A DNA stretch of 45,953 nt from an uncultured bacterium. GTDB taxonomy: Bacteria; Eisenbacteria; RBG-16-71-46; CAIMUX01; VGJL01. The translations under genes were made by a program, and so were the position numbers. Of this stretch, positions 28,450-37,310 are shown piece after piece. Under the pieces are notes generated by a model, which was not told where the DNA came from, made no database searches, and saw only the letters and a program-made list of their open reading frames with translations. The stretch covers positions 1 through 45,953 of the forward strand of contig CAZNRY010000005.1 of NCBI GenBank assembly GCA_964575675.1, read 5' to 3'. Every line of letters starts with the position of its first letter. Within the stretch, counting starts at the first letter, position 1.

Positions 28450-29138
28450 TGATCACAGAGCCCTCGAGCCCAAGCTCGTTGACGAACCTCTATGCGAGGG
28501 GGGGAAAGCGGTTCTTCGATCTCTGCGTCGGAGGTCTGGTTCTCATCATCGCGGGTCCGCTCATGGTCGCAATCGCCCTCTTGATCAAGCTCGAGGACCG
28601 CGCCACCGTCTTCTACCGGCAGGAGAGGATCGGTAGAAATGGGCGGCCGTTCTTCCTCACGAAGTTCCGCTCGATGGTTTTCGGCGCCGAGAACAAGGGC
28701 GCCGGGATCCTGGTCGAGAAGAACGATGCGCGAATCACGCGCATCGGCCGAGTCCTCCGCAAGCTAAGCCTCGATGAGCTGACGCAGGTCTTCGACGTCT
28801 TGCGCGGAGACATGAGCATCGTGGGGCCGCGGCCCGGCCTGCGTTATCAAGCGGAGCTCTACGACCGGGAGCAACGGCGGCGTCTCCTCGTGCGTCCCGG
28901 GATCACTGGATGGGCGCAGATCAAAGGCCGCAACGCGATCACATGGCCCGAGAGGATACGGCTTGACCTCGAGTACATCGATCGCATGAGCTTCCGGCGC
29001 GATCTGGCGATCATCTTCCTCACGATCCCCGCCGTTCTGAGCGGATCCGACCAGATCGCCGACGCCGACTACTGGAAGAATCGCCGGATCGAGATCGAGG
29101 AGTCGCGCAAGAGCCCCGCCTCGGATGGAGAAGCATGA
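28449..29138 (+). CDS. Bacterial sugar transferase (monotopic phosphoglycosyl transferase, PglC/WcaJ-type priming enzyme)
   Basis: KRFFDL, FYRQERIG, KFRSM, LSLDEL, GDMSIVGPRP, RPGITGWAQI; ATG overlaps the upstream TGA. Confidence 0.93.
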   Translation: MITEPSSPSSLTNLYARGGKRFFDLCVGGLVLIIAGPLMVAIALLIKLEDRATVFYRQERIGRNGRPFFLTKFRSMVFGAENKGAGILVEKNDARITRIGRVLRKLSLDELTQVFDVLRGDMSIVGPRPGLRYQAELYDREQRRRLLVRPGITGWAQIKGRNAITWPERIRLDLEYIDRMSFRRDLAIIFLTIPAVLSGSDQIADADYWKNRRIEIEESRKSPASDGEA

Positions 29139-30322
29139 CCGGCCCTGTGTACGCCGGGGGATTCGGATCGCTCTACGGTCAGGGCGCGCACGGTCGCGCC
29201 GGAGAGCGGGGACGCGATCGCGTTCTTCTGGTCGGCCCCTGCCCGCCCCCCGAGTGCGGCACGAGCATTCCCTTCCAGACTCTGATCGAGTTTCTTGAGG
29301 AGAAAAGCGCGGTCAGGCCGATCGTCATCAGCAGCACGTCGGGGAGCAAGAGGGGCGTCCCGCTCTTCTCCCGGCGGGTCCTCGGGCCTTTCCTCCGCAT
29401 CGCGGTTCAGTTCCTCAAGCATGCAGGATCGTGCGATCGATTTATCTTCTACGGCTCGCAGCGGTTCGTGGCGACCGCGGGGGCGCTCTTCACCCTCATC
29501 GCGGCGGGCATCCTCGGCAAGGAAGCCTCCATCTACATCCAAGGCGGCGGATTCGACGTCTTCTACCGATCCCGTCCACCCCTCGCGCGCGCCATCGTGA
29601 GATTCTGTTTCCGACGCGCGCGGGCCGTGGCCGTGCAGACGCTGCAGCTCAAGACTTCGCTGGAGGTCGAGTTTCCGAATCTGATCGTCCTGCCGAACTG
29701 GACGAAGCTGAAGGATGCGGCGCCGGAGGCTGCCGAGCCCCGAGCGGGGACGGCCCGCGCGGACGTCCGCTTTCTCTACCTCGGCCAGGTGAAGCGAGAG
29801 AAGGGGATCGAGGACCTGATCCGCTCGTTTCATGAGGCGCGGGGCAAGCTTCTCGTCCAGGGATGTCCGGCCACCCTCGATATCTACGGCCCCAGCGTGG
29901 ACGGAGCCATCGATGCGGTCATGTCGGTCATCAACGAGGCGGGCGGCTCGATCGTCGTTCACGGCAACGCCGCGCATGACCGCGTCGCATCGATCCTGCG
30001 CGATCACGACGTCTTGGTTATTCCGACGCAATGGCCGACCGAGGGGTATCCGGCGGTCGTGATCGAGGCGATGGCCGTTGGACGGCCCGTGATCGCGACG
30101 CGCTTCCGGGCCATCCCCGAGATCGTCGTCGACGGCTCGACCGGGCTGCTCTGCGAGCCGGGAGACTCCGACTCCCTCACACAGTGCATGGTCCGGCTCG
30201 CCCTTGATCCCGGTCTCCGGGAACGGATGGGGCTCGAGGCCCGGGCGATGGCCGCACGCTTCGACGCCGGCACCGTCTTGCCGGACCTCTGCCGCGCCTT
30301 CGGGATACCGCTCCGGCGATAG
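29135..30322 (+). CDS. Glycosyltransferase family 4
   Basis: FLYLGQVKREKGIEDL, EGYPAVVIEAMAVGRPVIAT. Confidence 0.88.
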   Translation: MTGPVYAGGFGSLYGQGAHGRAGERGRDRVLLVGPCPPPECGTSIPFQTLIEFLEEKSAVRPIVISSTSGSKRGVPLFSRRVLGPFLRIAVQFLKHAGSCDRFIFYGSQRFVATAGALFTLIAAGILGKEASIYIQGGGFDVFYRSRPPLARAIVRFCFRRARAVAVQTLQLKTSLEVEFPNLIVLPNWTKLKDAAPEAAEPRAGTARADVRFLYLGQVKREKGIEDLIRSFHEARGKLLVQGCPATLDIYGPSVDGAIDAVMSVINEAGGSIVVHGNAAHDRVASILRDHDVLVIPTQWPTEGYPAVVIEAMAVGRPVIATRFRAIPEIVVDGSTGLLCEPGDSDSLTQCMVRLALDPGLRERMGLEARAMAARFDAGTVLPDLCRAFGIPLRR

Positions 30323-30328
30323 CCTGGA

Positions 30329-31285
30329 TCATGCGGCTGCGTCCGACTTCGCCATGGCTCGCACCGCGCCGGGAGCGACCCAGAGCCCGAGCAGAAACCC
30401 ATAGGGCCGGAGCATCTGGAGGGGACGCCGCCAGAGAGGCACCGGCCTGCCCCGCGGCCACGCGAAGGCGGGCGCCGCCGCGAGGGCTTGAGCGATGAGA
30501 CGCCGGGCGGATCCGATCTCGCCTCCGTGGAAGCGGATCTTCGCCATTCGATAGCGATACTGCGCCTGACTGCGCCGCATGATCCGCCTCATCGCCCGGT
30601 CGTCCCAGTCCCCCAGCAGCTTCTCGAAGACCTGAAGATATCCGAGGACCATCATCTCGGTGTGGTTCGACAAGCTGTCCGAGTGCACGCGGTAGTTGAC
30701 CAGGATCTCGGGCAAGCAGATCACCCGGGAATGCATCGCTACGCGGAGCGCAAACTCGTAGTCCTCCATCGCCGTGAGGCTTTCATCGAAACCGCCGATG
30801 CCCTCGAAGCAGCTGCGCCGGACAATCCAAGTCGAGGGCAGGGCCGTGCCTCGCTCCAGCATCTCGAGCGTGGTTTCTCCGGGGGGGATGCTTGGCTTGG
30901 GTCCCGGGAGGGGTCTCCCGTCGACGTCGATGCGGTTCATCGACCCGCAGACCATCCCCGCGTCGGGATTCCGCTCCAGGGCGCGGACCTGGACCTCCAG
31001 CTTGTCGAGCAACCAGACATCGTCCGCATCGAGAAAAGCGAGGTACTCGCCCCGCGCGACGGCGCATCCTCTGTTTCGGGTCGTCGCGAGACCGGTGTTT
31101 TCTTGCGTCAGGTAGATCACCCGATCGCCGTAGCCCCGGACGATCTCGCCGGTGTCGTCCGTCGATCCGTCATCGATCACGATGATCTCGCGATCGGCGA
31201 GCGTCTGTCCGAGAACGCTGTCGATCGCTTCCGGGAGGTAGCGACCGTAGTTATAGGTCGGGATCACGACGCTCACGAGGGGCAT
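30329..31285 (-). CDS. Glycosyltransferase family 2
   Basis: VSVVIPTYNYG, IDDGSTD, AFLDADD, EDYEF. Confidence 0.93.
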   Translation of the reverse strand: MPLVSVVIPTYNYGRYLPEAIDSVLGQTLADREIIVIDDGSTDDTGEIVRGYGDRVIYLTQENTGLATTRNRGCAVARGEYLAFLDADDVWLLDKLEVQVRALERNPDAGMVCGSMNRIDVDGRPLPGPKPSIPPGETTLEMLERGTALPSTWIVRRSCFEGIGGFDESLTAMEDYEFALRVAMHSRVICLPEILVNYRVHSDSLSNHTEMMVLGYLQVFEKLLGDWDDRAMRRIMRRSQAQYRYRMAKIRFHGGEIGSARRLIAQALAAAPAFAWPRGRPVPLWRRPLQMLRPYGFLLGLWVAPGAVRAMAKSDAAA

Positions 31286-31370
31286 CAGGTTCGCTCCGTT
31301 CCGCCGATTGTCATTTATGCCACGGCGCTCATTCCATCGTCGATGGAAACCGGTAGTGTATCACGGTTCC

Positions 31371-32717
31371 TCACGATCCACCGTCCCTGCGGCCGAGGAC
31401 CCGATCATAGATCTCGCACAGCTTTCCCACCTGCGCTGAGAGGCTGTACGATTCGAGGACGCGCTGTCTTCCGCTCGCCGCCATCCGTGCGCGCTCCCCT
31501 GTCGACCGCACCAGCCGGAGTATGGCATCGGCCATCGCGCGGGGATTGCGCGGCTCGTAGAGGAGCCCGTCGATCCCGTCCCTGAGGATCGAGGGAATGG
31601 CCCCCTCGTCCGGACCGATCACCGGCGTTCCGGCGCCCATCGCCTCGACGACCACCATTCCGAACGCTTCGGGACCGATCGACGTGTGGACGAGAACGTC
31701 GGACGCCGCAATCAGATCGGGCAGATCGCTTCTCTCCTCGAGAATCGAGATCCTGTTCTGAAGACGAAGTTCCCGGATACGCCGCGTTACCGAGAGCAGG
31801 TAGTCCCGTTCCAGATGCGCTCCGCAGAACACCCAGTTGAAATCTAGCCCGTCGGAGACGAGAAGCGCCGCCGCCTCGACCGCGAGAAGCTGACCCTTGT
31901 AAGCCTGTACGTGCGCGGGCGTGATGAGAAGCGGCGCCGCGAGGTCGATCCCGAGCTCCCCGCGGACGGCCTCGCGCGAACGACGGGGCGCGAGCTTGTC
32001 GATCGCGACCCCATTGGGCACGAGATCGGTCGTGACCTTTTCGCCGCAGAAACGGCGGATCTGGTCGATGCGTTCCTCGGTCAGGCAGAGGACAGAGGCA
32101 GCGCGGCGGGCCACGATGCGGAATGCCCCCGGCGGGATCCTCCACGGGCCATGTTCGTGAGTGACGAAGGGGATGCCGAGCCGCTCGGCGAGATGCGCCC
32201 ACTCGAAATGCTCATCGTGCATCGGTCCGTTGAAGTGGATCAGATCGAGCTCGGAGGGGATGAACGGATCGAGCCTGCGCGACCATCGGATCCCGCGGAT
32301 CTGGAAGCGATGAAGCGAGCGGATGTCTCGCGCGATTCGCCTGGCCAGGGAGCGCTCCACCCACCCGCTGGGATCCCGGCGGACACCCGCGCGGGCGACC
32401 TTCGAACGCAATCCGGAATCGGGCGCCGCCCCGGGACCTGCCGCATCTCCTTCCGCAAGCGAAGAGGCCATTCGGCCGCCCGCCCCACCGCTCGCCGTCC
32501 CATTTTCCAGCCTCTGCCCGGGGAGCCCGATCGGCGCTCGCGCCCAGATCCCCATGGAAGAGACCTCCGCGACGTACGCCCCTTCCCGGTAGTAAAGGAC
32601 GTGGGGAGTCCAGCGACTTCTGTCGATCGCAGTGAAGATACTTGTCAGGACGCGCTTCGAGCCGCCGTAGGACGGCGTGGGGCTGACGTCGACGTAGAGG
32701 ATCCTCGCCGGCGTCAT
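31371..32717 (-). CDS. Glycosyltransferase family 4
   Basis: YGGSKRVL, VPNGV, KGQ, EAFGMVVVEAMGAGTPVIG. Confidence 0.88.
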   Translation of the reverse strand: MTPARILYVDVSPTPSYGGSKRVLTSIFTAIDRSRWTPHVLYYREGAYVAEVSSMGIWARAPIGLPGQRLENGTASGGAGGRMASSLAEGDAAGPGAAPDSGLRSKVARAGVRRDPSGWVERSLARRIARDIRSLHRFQIRGIRWSRRLDPFIPSELDLIHFNGPMHDEHFEWAHLAERLGIPFVTHEHGPWRIPPGAFRIVARRAASVLCLTEERIDQIRRFCGEKVTTDLVPNGVAIDKLAPRRSREAVRGELGIDLAAPLLITPAHVQAYKGQLLAVEAAALLVSDGLDFNWVFCGAHLERDYLLSVTRRIRELRLQNRISILEERSDLPDLIAASDVLVHTSIGPEAFGMVVVEAMGAGTPVIGPDEGAIPSILRDGIDGLLYEPRNPRAMADAILRLVRSTGERARMAASGRQRVLESYSLSAQVGKLCEIYDRVLGRRDGGS

Positions 32718-32754
32718 CTAGCGCGCGCACCCATCGGTGAGAAGGCTGACGTTC

Positions 32755-34314
32755 TCACCCCGCGATCCGCGCCCTCACCTCGCGCGAGACCGACCGCACG
32801 AGATGCCGTATCCCCTCCGGACCGACGGCGGCGAGGGAAGAGCCGGCCAGGCACAGAATCCCGCCGATCGCGCCGGCGGCAATGACCTGGGCCAGCCCGC
32901 CACCATAGACCCCGCGCATGAGGTAGAGGAGGACAAGGGCCGGCGCGCCGCCCAGAAGCGCTCGGGGAAGCGGGGCCAGATACTCGCGCGCAGAGGGGAA
33001 TCCCGGATCCTTGCTGCTCGCGAGCGGCCGGAGAAGGAGATTTTTCGCGAGGAGCGCCGCCGTGTTTCCAAGGGCGAATCCTAGCAGGCCCATGTGAAAC
33101 CCGAGGGCGAGAAGAAGACTCAAACCCACGTTGCAGATCGCGACAATGATGTCGCCGACCGCTATCCATCCGATCCTCCCGCGAGCCATGAGCGCCATCC
33201 AGACCGGCATGAGGGCCGCCTCGAGCGTCGAGGGCGCGAGCATCGCGATCAGGTAAGCGGCGGATCCCCGGTATTCGGGTCCCACCCAATGGACCAGGAA
33301 GAGATCGCCGACGATGCAGGGGACGAGACACGCGGGGACGGCGAGCGCGGTCGTGACCCGGACGACGCGCAAGAGCGCAGCGCGGCTGCGTTCCGTCTGC
33401 CCTTGGGCCTCGAGCTGGGTGAAGAGAGGGCTCAGGGCATAGACCGCCGCTAGGAGGAAGCTCAAGACCAGCGGCGACCAGCGCGTTCCCAGAGAGTAGT
33501 GGGTCACGGCGGCCGCCCCGTAGATCCTTCCGATGAAGAGGTTGTCCGTCGAAACGTACAGGAGCGCCGCGGCTTGCGAGATCAGCGCGAGTCCCCCGTA
33601 CTGGAAGAGCTCCTTGCGAACCTTGCGGTCCCCAAGCTCCAGACGCGGGATAGCGGGTCCAACGGTTCCCGCGTGTTGGGCCATCCAGATGAGGACGAGA
33701 AGCGGGATCAGCTCGATCGCTATGAGCGCCCCCCCATAGACTTTCAGATTTGGAACGAACAGCTCGAAGGCCAGCACCGTGATCCCCAGCCGGAGCCACG
33801 AGGTGAAGAAGCGCAGAACCGAGAGGCGCGCCGTGCGGCCGGTCGCGAAGACCGGGATGTCGAACATCAGTGCCGCGTCCGCCACGACCGCAGCGATCAA
33901 GATGAACGCGACCCCGAGCGCGCCGTCCCGTATGAGGTCCTCCGGCAGGCGGAGAAACCGGCAGATCGGTCCGGCGAGAAGAACACCCGTCAGGAGGATC
34001 AGACTGCGTAAAAGGCTCGCCCACCAGAACCCGGCCGAGTAGTAACGCCGCGCCTGCTCGCGATCGCCGGCGTGATACGAGACGGTGACGTAGCGGCGCA
34101 AGGCCGCGCTCATCCCCCCGCGCATGAGCGAGAGATACTCGTAGGCCGAGCCGACCGCGATGACAACGCCGAAGAGGTTCTGGCCGAGGCGGTGAAGTAC
34201 ATAGGGTGTGATGATCATGCCGACGATGAAGCCCGCGATCCGCGTGACGAGGGCGGAGCCCGCATTGCTCACCGCGATGGCGGTCATCCTGGAGTTCTGT
34301 GGCTGTTCTGTCAT
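32755..34314 (-). CDS. wzx: Wzx-like oligosaccharide flippase (MOP superfamily)
   Basis: About 12-14 hydrophobic segments, ITPYVLHRLG, TDNLFIGRIYG, YSLG, WVGPEY; located in a GT cluster; start reset to ATG 34314. Confidence 0.8.
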   Translation of the reverse strand: MTEQPQNSRMTAIAVSNAGSALVTRIAGFIVGMIITPYVLHRLGQNLFGVVIAVGSAYEYLSLMRGGMSAALRRYVTVSYHAGDREQARRYYSAGFWWASLLRSLILLTGVLLAGPICRFLRLPEDLIRDGALGVAFILIAAVVADAALMFDIPVFATGRTARLSVLRFFTSWLRLGITVLAFELFVPNLKVYGGALIAIELIPLLVLIWMAQHAGTVGPAIPRLELGDRKVRKELFQYGGLALISQAAALLYVSTDNLFIGRIYGAAAVTHYSLGTRWSPLVLSFLLAAVYALSPLFTQLEAQGQTERSRAALLRVVRVTTALAVPACLVPCIVGDLFLVHWVGPEYRGSAAYLIAMLAPSTLEAALMPVWMALMARGRIGWIAVGDIIVAICNVGLSLLLALGFHMGLLGFALGNTAALLAKNLLLRPLASSKDPGFPSAREYLAPLPRALLGGAPALVLLYLMRGVYGGGLAQVIAAGAIGGILCLAGSSLAAVGPEGIRHLVRSVSREVRARIAG

Positions 34315-34388
34315 GGCGATCAGGCGGGAGTATACTGCCTCGCCGCCCCGTCGTCGCCGATCGAATCGGTCGGGGGTCCGACCGGCGT

Positions 34389-37181
34389 TCAGTTGACGAG
34401 AACGACTCGGAGATTCTCTCGGAAGCCCGTCCCCGAAACGCGGCACAGGTAGACTCCCGCCGGAGCCCGACCGCCCGAATCAAGCGTCCCGTCCCAAACG
34501 ATCGATCCTTGCCCGGGCGGAAGAGCCCCTCGGGAATCGAGCGACCGCACCAACCGGCCGGCGGGGTCGTAGATGCGCAGAGAAATCGGGGAGGCGACCG
34601 CGATCTCGTAGGCGATCGCAGTCTCGTCGCGGAACGGATTGGGGAAGCAGCGGCCCACCCATGCGCCGCCCGGGACCTGGTCTTCTCCGGATGCCGGCAG
34701 AGACGACTCCGTGACGTCGAGCCGCTGATCCGCAACGATGCCGGGGAGGATCTGATGGATCCCGCTCGGCCAGTCGATCTCGAGGGTGTCGACGACGGCC
34801 GCGGCTCCCAACCCGAACTCGACGGTGAGCGAGTTCTGAGAAAGATATCCCGCATCGCCGCCGACAGACCGGATCTGCGAAGCTCCGGCCGACACGATGC
34901 GAACCCGCGCTCCGATGGCCGAGGCGTTCGACTCGATCCCCTTGAGACTCAGATGCAGCCAGTGGTTCGCCCCGACCAGATTGTTGCGAACCACTTTCAC
35001 ATTATTGCCGCCCGTCGCCACGACGAGGTCCAAGTCTCCGTCGCCGTCCAGATCGTCCCACGCGGCCCCGTACACATCCCCGGTGCGATCGAGCGGATAG
35101 TCCGTGGTGTCAGAGAACTGGCCGTTCCCATCATTGTGAAACAACCGGCTGGGGGCGCCCCTGTTGGAGAGGAAGATGTCCAGATGACCGTCGTTGTCAT
35201 AGTCGCCCCAGGTAGTCGAGTAGCCCGGACCCGAGTCGTCGAGCGGCTGGGTCGTCACGTCCGTGAAGAGACCCGCACCGTCGTTTCGCAGCAGCCTGTT
35301 CGGACGGTTCCGATTGGCCAGGTAGAGGTCCAGGTCGCCGTCGTTGTCGTAATCCCCCCAGGCGGCCCCCGAGCCCTGCCCGCCCGAGTTGCCCAAGGGG
35401 CCGCTCGTCGCGTCAACAAACGATCCGGCGCCGTCATTCCTGAGGAGCTTGTTGCCGAGGTTCGCCGCGACATAGAGGTCGAGGTCGCCATCCTGATCGC
35501 AGTCCCCCCAGACCGCCCCGCGACTCTCCCCCGCGTAACCGAGCGGACCCGAGGTTGCATTGACGAACCCCGCCGGGCCGTCGTTCCGCAGGAGGATGTT
35601 CGATTGCCCGTTTGTGCGCGTGATGTAAAGATCCGCGTCGCCGTCGTTGTCGTAGTCGCCCCACCCGGAATCGCCCACGTTCCCGGTGATCGCGAGCGGG
35701 CCGGCCGTGCTGTCGACGAAGACACCGCCCCCCTCGTTGTGGAACAGCTTCGCCGTACCTCCCCAGTTCAACAGGTATAGGTCCAGCCCTCCATCGTTGT
35801 CGTAGTCGCCCCACTGCGCCGACATGCTGTTGCCACCGTCGTTCAGTGGAGGCGCCGTCGCGTCTCCGAAGGCGAGCGCACCGTCGTTGCGGTGGAGCTT
35901 GTTCGCAGCGCCATAGACCGGCCAGTAGATATCCTGATCGCCGTCACCGTCGTAGTCGCCGAGCACGGCCGCGTGGGCGCTGACGCTCCGGGCGAGCGCG
36001 GTCGTCGCGTCGGACCATGGACTCATGGGCGGAACCGGCACGCAGGTCCCGTAGTCATAGAGGTAGTGCAGACCGCAGGCGGAGTTGAGCATCGCCCTTC
36101 CGTCGTGGCCGATGCCGGGAACGATCGACAGCTCGTGCAGCCCGAAGATCGACCCGCCGAAATGGTGGATCAGATGGTTCGTGTAGACCATGCCGCGCTC
36201 GAGCCGCTGGCTCCCCTGAAGCATCGCCGCACAATCCTTATCGAGGTAGTAGGAATTCGGATCCGTATCGGCCCCGCCGAGAAGATAGATAACCTCTCGA
36301 TGCGAGTACTGGTCGCGCAGGACCTCCACGCCGATGCTCATGTATGGGTTCAGGTTGTTCAGTCCGTACTTGTAGTCGTCATACGCTGGACAATCGGCTA
36401 GCGTTTCCGGAGGGGGCACCGCGTACTCATAGCCCGTCCCCTCGACCCACCGTTCCGCGTCGAAGTACATGTAAGAGGAGGGATTCGACACGACGTAGCG
36501 AATCGGAATTCCCATCTGACCGGTGAGGACCTGATGAATCGCCGTCCCCGCCGCGTACCGATTGAAAAACTGCCCGCCGGCCGAATGCCCGGCTACGACC
36601 ACTTGCTGCAGGTTCGGGAGGCGCTCGGCGAAGCCGAGCAGGATGGAATCCGTAAGCGCGAAGGAGCTGATCAATGCCGGGCGGGGATGTGCCGGGCTCG
36701 TCAGCGACTGGTCGCCCTGCCGCCATCCCATGTAGGACCAATAGAGGTAGTCCTCCGGCAGGCCGTGCTGGTCCAAATCCGGGGCGGTCAGGAACTGCGG
36801 GGCGATGATCAGGGTCGTGTTCTCGGCATGGTTCGCGCTCACGCCTGCATCGAGGACGTACTTGTAGTAGTCGTCCGCGTTCCGAAGCGTTCCATGGACG
36901 ACGACGATCGCGCGCGTGATGTCCGCATAGGTCCCCTCGATCGGTCGGTTGCCGAAGTAAGGGATCTTGAGACTGTCGGTCCCGACGTGGAAGGTGATCG
37001 TAGTTACCGCGATTGAATCGGCAATGTCGGTCGTGTCCGCGGCGACCCCCTCCGGTAGGAGCTTCGCATCGTACGGCGGATCCTCGTCGCGAGCCGCACG
37101 CGACGGCCCCGCGACCGCGAGAAGGCACAGGACGAAAAGACCGATCGACCACAGACATCGTCGGTTTGTTTCTCTCGTCAT
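34389..37181 (-). CDS. Secreted alpha/beta-hydrolase fused to FG-GAP/VCBS propeller, ASPIC/UnbV and FlgD-Ig-like domains
   Basis: Signal peptide from ATG 37181; HGTLRNA, GHSAGGQ, VPGIGHD; seven (W/L)GDYDNDGxxDL-type repeats; NHWLHL...AIGARV...EFGLG; C-terminal FPNPF...WDG...GVYLCR. Confidence 0.85.
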   Translation of the reverse strand: MTRETNRRCLWSIGLFVLCLLAVAGPSRAARDEDPPYDAKLLPEGVAADTTDIADSIAVTTITFHVGTDSLKIPYFGNRPIEGTYADITRAIVVVHGTLRNADDYYKYVLDAGVSANHAENTTLIIAPQFLTAPDLDQHGLPEDYLYWSYMGWRQGDQSLTSPAHPRPALISSFALTDSILLGFAERLPNLQQVVVAGHSAGGQFFNRYAAGTAIHQVLTGQMGIPIRYVVSNPSSYMYFDAERWVEGTGYEYAVPPPETLADCPAYDDYKYGLNNLNPYMSIGVEVLRDQYSHREVIYLLGGADTDPNSYYLDKDCAAMLQGSQRLERGMVYTNHLIHHFGGSIFGLHELSIVPGIGHDGRAMLNSACGLHYLYDYGTCVPVPPMSPWSDATTALARSVSAHAAVLGDYDGDGDQDIYWPVYGAANKLHRNDGALAFGDATAPPLNDGGNSMSAQWGDYDNDGGLDLYLLNWGGTAKLFHNEGGGVFVDSTAGPLAITGNVGDSGWGDYDNDGDADLYITRTNGQSNILLRNDGPAGFVNATSGPLGYAGESRGAVWGDCDQDGDLDLYVAANLGNKLLRNDGAGSFVDATSGPLGNSGGQGSGAAWGDYDNDGDLDLYLANRNRPNRLLRNDGAGLFTDVTTQPLDDSGPGYSTTWGDYDNDGHLDIFLSNRGAPSRLFHNDGNGQFSDTTDYPLDRTGDVYGAAWDDLDGDGDLDLVVATGGNNVKVVRNNLVGANHWLHLSLKGIESNASAIGARVRIVSAGASQIRSVGGDAGYLSQNSLTVEFGLGAAAVVDTLEIDWPSGIHQILPGIVADQRLDVTESSLPASGEDQVPGGAWVGRCFPNPFRDETAIAYEIAVASPISLRIYDPAGRLVRSLDSRGALPPGQGSIVWDGTLDSGGRAPAGVYLCRVSGTGFRENLRVVLVN

Positions 37182-37310
37182 AGCGTCCTTTGCGGGGGGG
37201 CAGTGTGAATAGCTCACCAGTCGTACGATCGAGTTTACGCCAACAGAGCGGGGATGACAAGTCGTGGCAGACTTCTTGCATCCCCTCGGGAGAGAATCAT
37301 CGGAGGTCGA

